Of a DNA stretch of 64,000 nt, positions 55,822-64,000 are shown one piece after another. The stretch lies in assembly GCF_009914755.1 (NCBI RefSeq), contig NC_060931.1. One strand, given 5' to 3'. The DNA is from the human T2T-CHM13v2.0 reference genome, Homo sapiens. The notes below the pieces were generated by a model. That model ran no database searches, was not told the DNA's origin, and worked only from the letters and a program-made list of their open reading frames with translations. The position numbers and the translations under genes are program-made. Within the stretch, counting starts at the first letter, position 1, and every line of letters begins with the position of its first letter.

Positions 55822-56277
55822 TGTTACTGGTGGAGGGTCTTGACTGCAAGTTGTCCAGGTTCTTGGTGTTCTGAACGAAGAATTGGACAAAATGCACAGC
55901 AAAGAAAGGAAAGAATGAAGCAACTAAAGCAGAGATTTATTGAAAATGAAAGTACACTCCACAGGGTGGGAGCAGGCCTGAGCAGCGGTTCAAGGGTGCT
56001 GGTTACAGGATCTTCAGGGGTCCAAATACCCCCTAGAGGTTTCCCATAGGCCACTTGGTGTACACTTCATGCAAATGAAGTAGTGGCCTGCAATCAGTCT
56101 GATTGGTTGCAGAAATCAACCAAATCGGACAGGTGGGGGTGTTTACAAAGGGAGTAGCCTCTGGTCCTTTTGTTACTTAGGTGTGGAAAGTTGGGGTTTC
56201 CCTTTTGATTTAGTTCTAATTAGTCAGTGTGAATCAGCCTTAGGTTCCCTGCCTCCAGACCCTATTCTCCTGCCTCA
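55822..56277 (-). mobile_element. Complete MER51-like ERV1 solo LTR
   Basis: Reverse strand starts TGAGGCAGGAGAATAGGGTCTGGAGGCAGGGAACCTAAGG; TG...CA ends; 4-bp TSD GAAC. Confidence 0.85.
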
Positions 56278-56327
56278 GAACTTGCCTGGGCAAGACTAAA
56301 GGTGGTCTCACAGTCCAGAGAAGCCAC

Positions 56328-57044
56328 AGTAGGGGCCAAGGGAAAAACTTCTTTGCCCTCTGTATGTTCATGGAAAAATCATCTCACAAAATGCAGATTA
56401 ATAAAAGAAAAGGCAGACAAATTTGTTAATGTGCACATGGGGGAGAACCACAGAGTGATTACCTCCACCCTCCACCCTCCACCCTCCTCCACCCTCCTGT
56501 CTAAATAAGCTCTTCTTCTAGGCAAACTGGTGGGGGGAATTGATTCACTATCCTCAGAAATTAGGAAGCATGAAATTATGCTGGCTCTGCTACTGGGGAA
56601 CAAAGAGCAGGGGCGTGGTGTGCAGCGGCCAGTGCAGGAAGTATAAGTATATATACCATCCTGAGGTTACAGAAAGAATGGGGGCTTGGATCGGGGCAAA
56701 ATAGGTTATGGGAGGAGAAGATGAGGAGGCCTGGTGAGCCAAGATGATCTTGTTACGTAGACGAAACCTCACAGGGAGCAGCCCCGAGAGAACTGATGGG
56801 AAATGTTACTTTCAGACCTTTAAAGGTGTCCCATTTTCAGTTAATTTTTCCTAGATTGGACAAAGGACGACCTCTGAGAAAACCTGAGAAAACCTGGCTG
56901 CATCAATGCAGATTCTCTGCAGATGCAAATCTCCCCCAGAAAGACAGCTTTGCAGGGCTCCTTCTGTTTGCAGGCCCTCTGAACAACCATCTCAAATTAT
57001 GTCAAAGAAGTGTATTTGGGGATGAAACATGTGGATTTCTTTCA
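56328..57044 (-). mobile_element. ERV1 LTR (MER34/MER39-group-like) interrupted by a 141-bp insert
   Basis: Reverse strand starts TGAAAGAAATCCACATGTTTCATCCCCAAATACACTTCTTTGACATA; LTR-like sequence resumes after 56638. Confidence 0.65.
56498..56638 (+). repeat. 141-bp direct repeat, copy 1
   Basis: 139/141 identical to 59546-59686 by eye. Confidence 0.95.
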
Positions 57045-59545
57045 CCCCCCACCCCCCTGCATCGCTTGTGTACTCTTTTCCCAAAGTGGAGTCTACAGCA
57101 TGGAGTAGGGGGAGTTGATCTCCAGATATCCATGTCTCTTCCCTGCGCATAGTGACAGGAAACTGAACCCAGGAATCAAAACTCAATATATGAGGCCAGA
57201 CAATGGTGCTTGTTCCTCCCTCTTGTTGTGAGAAGACATGAAGTGAACTCTGGGGTCATGAGTTACTGTGCTTCGAAAAATAAGCTGTGTGACTTTGGGC
57301 AATTGCCCAACCTCTCTGGGACTCAATGCCATTGTCTGTAAAATAGGGCTAAGAACTCCTTTCCTGCCTGCCTCCTAGATTTGTGGTGAGGATCACAGGA
57401 AATAATGTATGTGAGTGTGCCCTGTAAACCATAAAGTGCCCTAGTGACATGCACCCATGCACCTCCATCATTCCTGCAGTGACTGAAACTTGGAAATCTC
57501 ACCAGAATGCATCACTGTGAGACTTGTTGAGAATTAAGTCAAGCAGGGGTTAAATTTGCCAATCACCAGAGCACACTATGTATATTTAAAATCCTCCACT
57601 CTTTTAGTAATTGGGGGCAAAAAAGAAAAAAAAAAACATCCACTCTGTCCCAGAATCATTATTCTGTAAAGTTAATGAGTTCCATGAAGGGTCTTTGTGG
57701 TGACTCATCCCATCACTTCTTCCACTCCTGCCACCAGGTGAGACCTGGGGAGAGCATCAGGGAGCAGGTGTCTTAAGGATCTGAGGTGCAGGGTGGGGGC
57801 TCCCGCAGCGCTGTGTTTAAACAGGGCCCTGCTGACGCCTCACCACGGCCGGCTGGGAAACAGCTGCAGCATAAGGCCTCTCCTCAGGCTAGTGTGGAGC
57901 CCAGCAGATGTGCCATTTGCCTCCACAGCAACAGACGTGACCCTAAAACCAGTGAGGTCCCCACCCTGAAAGGCTCCACTGGCTTCTGAGCCTGTGTCTA
58001 GAGGGAGTGGGCAAGGATTCCAGGTGCATGGAGAGGTGAACGCTATTACTGACTCCTCTGCTGGCCATATGCTTACTTCCTTTATCCTCCCATCAGCTCT
58101 GTGAAGCACCCACCACTTTAGTGCGGAGGAAGCCGAGCCTTAGAGAGGTCAAGGCCTTTATTTCAGCCTCCCAGCCAGCAGGCAGCAGGGCTCCAAATCG
58201 GAACCCAGATTTATTGGACCCCAAATCATAGGCTGTGACAGGGCTCGTTATTAACCAGGCCATAAATACTTCCTGAGTCCCTATCCCGTCCCTGGAACTG
58301 CTGGGGACATGAAAGGCACAGGAGGCAGGGGCCCGACCTCACGGGGTTGGAGCAGACCTAAAGTGGGATGAGAGCAGAGGAACCCTGCGGCTGGGGCTCT
58401 CCACTCTTCCATCACGCTCTGTCCAGCAGGGCAACTGGAGGGAGCCATGAGCATGCGATGACCTGGCGGCTGCTCAGGATGGGAGGGACCACTGTCAGCC
58501 AGGACTGGCAGGACTGTGTGAGTCATCCTAGTGGGTGAGGGAGTCTTCCTGGGCTCTGGGAGCTATGAGTCCATGATTCCTGGGCATGTGAGGAAGCTGG
58601 TTAGGAGCTCAGCCAAAACTTAAACTCTCAATCCAGCACTCTTTACACTCCCACCACATCTGAGCTGAGACTTGAAGGGGTGGGGCATGGGTGATTCTGG
58701 TCCCAGGGACTAGAGCCTGGGGGCTCCCACCTTTTCCTCTGGTTCTGCACTGACCTGCCCTCTGGTTCTGCCCTGACCTGCCCTTGCCAAGCCCACTGGG
58801 CCGGCGAACAGTTGTTTCCATTTTCCCTGCAGCCTCTGTTCTGGGAACCAGGCCAGCATTCATAGCCTTTCCCCTCCTTTTCTTTTTGTAATAGAAACTG
58901 CTCAGGGCTGCCAGGAGCCAGCAGTGTGCTCCGCGGCTCACCGTTTGGCTGGACTGGAGGTGAAGCTTCTTGGTGGCTCCTTCCCAGCCTTCTATGGAAG
59001 CTGGAATCCACTCTCCCGAGGCCATTTCTCCTCCCGGGGTTCCCTCTCTGCAGTCTCAACCCCCCAGTGCCCTTTGTCCCCTAAAGCGAGCAGTTTGTTT
59101 TCAGTCCAATACCTCCAGGGGATGGGGGGGGCGCCTGGAGGAGTGTCCCAGGAGAGGGTCCCACCAGCCACGCTGCCCTGAACCCCCTTAAAATGGGGGT
59201 GGTGTGACAGTAACTTAGAGACCACTTAGATGACCTCAGGCATTCTGAGAAATCTAAAGGCTGATCTGAAGCCAGAGGAGGAAAGTTCATTCACCTTTGT
59301 CCCAGCCCCTCCCCGACTCCAGGACTCTAGCGTTGGCTGTTTTTATTTGCAGTCCAGCGTCCGGAATGAGCGGAGTTCCTTTTGGGAAGGATGTGCGGCA
59401 GGTGTGCTCACTCTGCCCGGGAGCGTCTCCCCGCCGAGGAGCGCCCATGCTGACTGCGAATTGTTCCACACTGCACGCAGAGCATTCCTTTAGCAGCCTC
59501 TTGTTTTCTTAAGTGACTCTCTACAACTGTTTCCTTGGAGGCGTT

Positions 59546-59686
59546 TGTCTAAATAAGCTCTTCTTCTAGGCAAACTGGTGGGGGGAATTGATTCACTATC
59601 CTCAGAAATTAGGAAGCATGAAATTATACTGGCTCTGCTACCGGGGAACAAAGAGCAGGGGCGTGGTGTGCAGCGGCCAGTGCAGG
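59546..59686 (+). repeat. 141-bp direct repeat, copy 2 (probable source)
   Basis: 139/141 identical to 56498-56638; flanks are not shared. Confidence 0.95.
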
Positions 59687-60049
59687 GCCCAGGACAGGGT
59701 GTGGGGGCTAATCACAGCCCGCGGGGTGGGTGGGAAGTGCCCCAGCCCCAAGCTGGGACTGTGCTTCTCGGCACCTTCCACACCTTATGTAGCTCCCCTT
59801 TGGTCTCCACGTTTCTGGAAGTCACAGCTGCACCCTGGGTCACCTTAAGCTTTTTCACAGTGGACCACATGTGATTCTGAGTTACATTACTTTAACCTCA
59901 AGAGCTTGACTATTTTCTATATCGTGAAGTTATAAAAGGATAGTGGAATCTCACAGTCATTTGAGAGACAATACTTTTTTTCGACCATATGAATGTTTTG
60001 TACCATGGAGACAGTGTGAGCCAGGCTAGGAGGTCTGGTCAGAGACACT

Positions 60050-60193
60050 TATTTTATTTTTAGTTTTAGTTTTTGTAGAAATGAGAGTCTCACTATGTTG
60101 CCTAGGCAAGTCTTGAACTTCTGGCCTCAAGCAATCCTCCTACCTCGGCCTCCCAAAGTTTTAAGATTACAGGTGTGAGCCACTGCACCTGGC
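60050..60193 (-). mobile_element. Alu monomer (FLAM_C-like)
   Basis: Single reverse arm; TSD-like AGACACTT. Confidence 0.8.
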
Positions 60194-61149
60194 CAGACAC
60201 ACTTAGTTTAAGGAGCAATGTGCTATAGGCAAGAAAGCCAAATATATCTCAGGTCAAATCTGGCTCTGCTGTGTGATTTGGGGCAAATTAATGAACCTCT
60301 CTGCACTTCTGTTTCCTCATCCATCAAAGGGGAATAATAAAACCTATCTCACTGTGCTGTAAAGATTAAATAATGAAATGGATGCAAACTACCTCACATA
60401 GTACCTGGCCCACAGCAAGTTCTTAACTAAAGAGAACTCTCTTTCTCTTCTAAAACCTAGGATGCCTGAGGAGTCTAGGATTAGGAATCTCTGAATATTT
60501 ACTAGTAGCATTGCTGGGGTGGATCAGAAATATTTGGGAAAAAAGTTAGGAGGAAAATGGCACCTATGAGGATGTCATAGTCATCAGCAATGAAGGATTT
60601 GAGAAGTTCTTTAGCAGAAATCAGGAGATTACCTCTTTCATTCAAACCCTAGCGAAGGATGCTTTACACTATGACTATGATTACAGAGAAATGAGAATAT
60701 TTTCCATTTGTGATATAGAAAAACCATTCCCTTAACTGGGGGCCACATGCTGTAGGGAGTTCAATACCATTCTCCAAGTACATGAGGCCCAACCTACATC
60801 CTGGTTCTGTCTCTTTCCCCAGCCCTGGTCCTTTGCAAGAGGTAAAAGTCTTTATAAGTGCATGAGAATAACTGCTCAAAATCACTTTTAGGTTTCCCCC
60901 AAATTCTCCTGATCTCTAATAAAAACAAATAATTGAGGGGATGTGACATTACCCTTGGTCACTAGTGATTTAGAGCTTCTGTCCATTGCTCCTTGGAGCT
61001 GCTCATCCTCAAAGGTACCCCAGGCAGAGGCCAGCAGCGAGTTCAAGGCCTTGTCAAGAAGGTTTTCCTTTAATAATACGCATCCACATACACAAAACAC
61101 AGGCCTTCCTGGAATTGCCAAAAGACAGCAGCTGCAAAAAGGACTTGGA

Positions 61150-61600
61150 CAAGAAAGTTTATTGCAGCTTTATTCCAAACAACCCAGATGCCCATCAACA
61201 GGAGAATGGTAAACAAATTATGGCATATTTATACGATGGAATATTACACAGTTATAAAAACAGCAAATTTTTGAAATGTGAACCTCACAGTCATGATGTT
61301 GAAAGAAACAAGACACAGATAAAAAAGTACATATTGTGTAATTCTATTTATAATGGAGTTCAAGAATCAGCAATGTTAATCCTAGATGACGGAAGTCAGA
61401 TAGCAGTTACCTTTGGGTAAGCATGCTTACTTTGGACTTGGAAGGGGCACAGATAGCTTTCTGGGGCTGTGGAAATGTTGCGAATCTTGGTTTGGGTAGT
61501 TACATGGGTGTATGCGTAGATAAACATTCACAGTGATGTGCGCTCAAAATTGTGCATTTTATGGGACATAAATTAAAAACGTAAAAATATTGAAAAACAG
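61150..61600 (+). mobile_element. Old L1 (L1ME/MC-like) 3' fragment
   Basis: aaacaacccagatgcccatcaacaggagaatggtaaacaaattatggcatatttatacgatggaatatta motif. Confidence 0.75.
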
Positions 61601-64000
61601 AAATTGGAGAAGTGTTAAAGGGTCAGGTTGAATGAGGACTGTCTAACCTGGAGCTGGCATCAGAAACAACTACCAGAAATCCCTGTAACCTGCTTCTCCT
61701 TTGGGGTCTGTGAACCGCAGGACTAAGACACTCCCACATTCTGACCCTGGCACCAGCAACAGACTACTTGCCATCGGATTGATGTCGAGAAATGATCACA
61801 GGATAACAGCTCTTCTCACGGTTCAGCAGATAATAGTAAGTCAAACTTTTGCCCCAGTTGAACATCCTATCTCTAAGTATACCCCCCATTTCCTCTGAAC
61901 CCCCCTAAACCATTTGCCAGTCACCCAAATCACCATCTGTGACCACTACTCCCCTGCATTCTACATCCAATCAATCACCAAGCCCTGTCAATTCTCCTTA
62001 CTTGATAGCTTTAACACTCCTCCACTCCTCTCCAGCCCAGTGTCTTAAATCCACACTAACATCCTCCTTCTAGATGATGCGCCCACCTCCCACCTGCTCT
62101 CCCAGACTCCTGTGGTCTTGCCCTCCCTTCAATGAACTTGCCAGCTGCTGAAGGGATCATGGCCCTAAAATGCAAATCATAGAATACTTAAAAGAATTTC
62201 TAAACCTCCCAGGATTCACCCAGGCTCCTGGCATGGCTTACAGGCTGTAACCCATGATGCAAACCAGGCTTGCCTGTCCTGACAGCCTCATCTCTCTATG
62301 CGGGGCACTGTCCTAAGTGGTAGAATTAATTACAGCAGTGAATGAAACAAAGTTCCTTCGCCGATGGGATTTGCCATTTTGTAGGGAAGTACAGACAACA
62401 AACAAACAAATATATGAGATGATGTGGTATACATGTGAAAGACAGAAAAGCAAGATAGGAGACAGGGAGTGATGTGGGATTCTGTGTCAGCTGGGATGGT
62501 TAAGGAAGGCCATTCTAATGAGATCACATTTGGGCAGAAGCCTGAAGGAAGAGGCTGCTTGCCACCCCACACAGCAAGGGTGTGCCACAGTCATCTGCTC
62601 TCCTGGCAGTTCCGAGAGCAGGCTGGGCTCCCCTAGGCCTCTGGGCCTGTGCACGCACACTTCCTCTCCCTGCAGCATTCCATACCATCAAGAACTGAGA
62701 TCTTATCTCATGTGCAGGTAATAATCACACATGCCAAAATTTCACGGATGTTGGTAGAAGACATGAGGCTCCTGGGTCAGAGAAGAAGGACAGTTTCTTC
62801 ACTTCCAGTAATAGTAACAGCCAGAGTGGCAGCATTTTTGCACTGGTTTTCTGACCCCAGGTGACCCAACACCACCATTCAGTGAGATAGATGAAGTCTA
62901 AATAAGAGAGTAAACCATTGTGGAAGGCATTGAAACCATAAAAAGTAAGATGAGAACAGTTGAGAAAAAGACACTTAGAATTGACTGCAACATTTACAGA
63001 GTTTTGGTGTCAGCAGAGGCCTTAGTATTAGGTGATGGAAGCCCGCCACTGTAAGGTTCCCGCCCTTGAGAATCTGCTCAGGACCAGCTGGTGAGATGGA
63101 CGTGTCAGCAGATAAATTGCAAGGCTGTGCTCTCAAGCTCTAGTGCACAAAGGACTATGGGAGCCCATAGAATGGGTAGGAGGAGGCCATTCAAGCTAAA
63201 TCTTGACAGATGGGCAGGAATTCATCAGAAAGACTTAAATATTGGTCTTGAAAATAGCACTGCATACAAGAAAAAAACACATGCATTTATGAGGCAAGAG
63301 TCCCTGAAGTTTCACATTTACACAAAATGATGTGTGTCTTTTGGTGGGGGAAGCGGATGTGAAATTCCCTACAGATAAGCCCAGGCTAGCTGACCAGATG
63401 AGGTGAGATTTCTTTCAGGTACTGCCTAAGCAATCAATGGCCAGAGAGGGCTGCGGGGCTGGGCTGCTGGGCTGCGAGGCTGCTGGGTGCTGAGGGAGCA
63501 GGGGGAATGTTCCCTGGGGTGTGGCTGGCCATGGTGCTCGCCATCCTGGAACAAATCAACTGAGGCGCAAATCTGCAGCACCTTTGCCACAGCCAGAATC
63601 CACGGTGGTTCCTCCGTGAGCACATGCCCTGAATTCCACCTGGCCTGTGCGTCATGCTCAGTTGGCAGGATTTCAGAACCAATGCTGCCAACACCAGACT
63701 CTCCACGTGCGGAGCAATTTATGAAACCCTGGGGCCAGCAATGGCCACCTTTGCATCCTGGAGTTAGGATGACCCTGACACATCCCAGCCCCAGCATACA
63801 CCACCGCGCTGCCCTGAGGCTGGGCTCTACCTTTTGAGAGCTACTGAGCTCTGCAGAGATGTGGGTGAAGGGAGCCACAGACATATCAGTCTGGCAGGGG
63901 CTTAGAGTCACTGCTCTAACTGCCTATCTGGCAGGTGAAGAAACAGAGGCCAGGGCAGGCAAGCCCTGACCAGGGCAGTGTACCTGCTTGGTAGACGAGT

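Noticed and set aside
63426-63911. 161-aa ORF with PRSPAAQPRSP repeat
   Set aside because: Short GC-rich nucleotide repeat; no domain or splice support

Overview
Human genomic DNA with a dense Alu/LINE/LTR background, consistent with chr7q22.3. The first 26 kb contain the 3' half of CDHR3 (cadherin-related family member 3, the rhinovirus-C receptor) on the + strand. Eleven coding exons (probably exons 9-19) join in frame through the distal cadherin repeats, a transmembrane helix and the cytoplasmic tail, ending at TAA 26106-26108. The window carries the Cys529 allele (TGT, 11411-11413), one GC-AG intron and a 14-nt micro-exon. A long 3' UTR probably runs to about 29.84 kb. The remaining ~34 kb is repeat-rich, with no credible independent protein-coding gene; nearly all ORF-track entries are repeat-derived or chance ORFs. 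Main observations: (1) a second reading frame open across exons 15-18, reachable by a competing CAG acceptor or exon-14 skipping, predicts an NMD-escaping, transmembrane-less CDHR3; (2) two downstream exon-like segments could give an in-frame alternative C-terminus; (3) a 141-bp near-identical templated insertion sits inside an ERV LTR next to a G4-like repeat; (4) inverted Alus bracket the C529Y exon; (5) a solo LTR carries a near-perfect p53 element. Exon numbering, repeat subfamily names and variant identity come from recognition, not from a database search; repeat boundaries are approximate.
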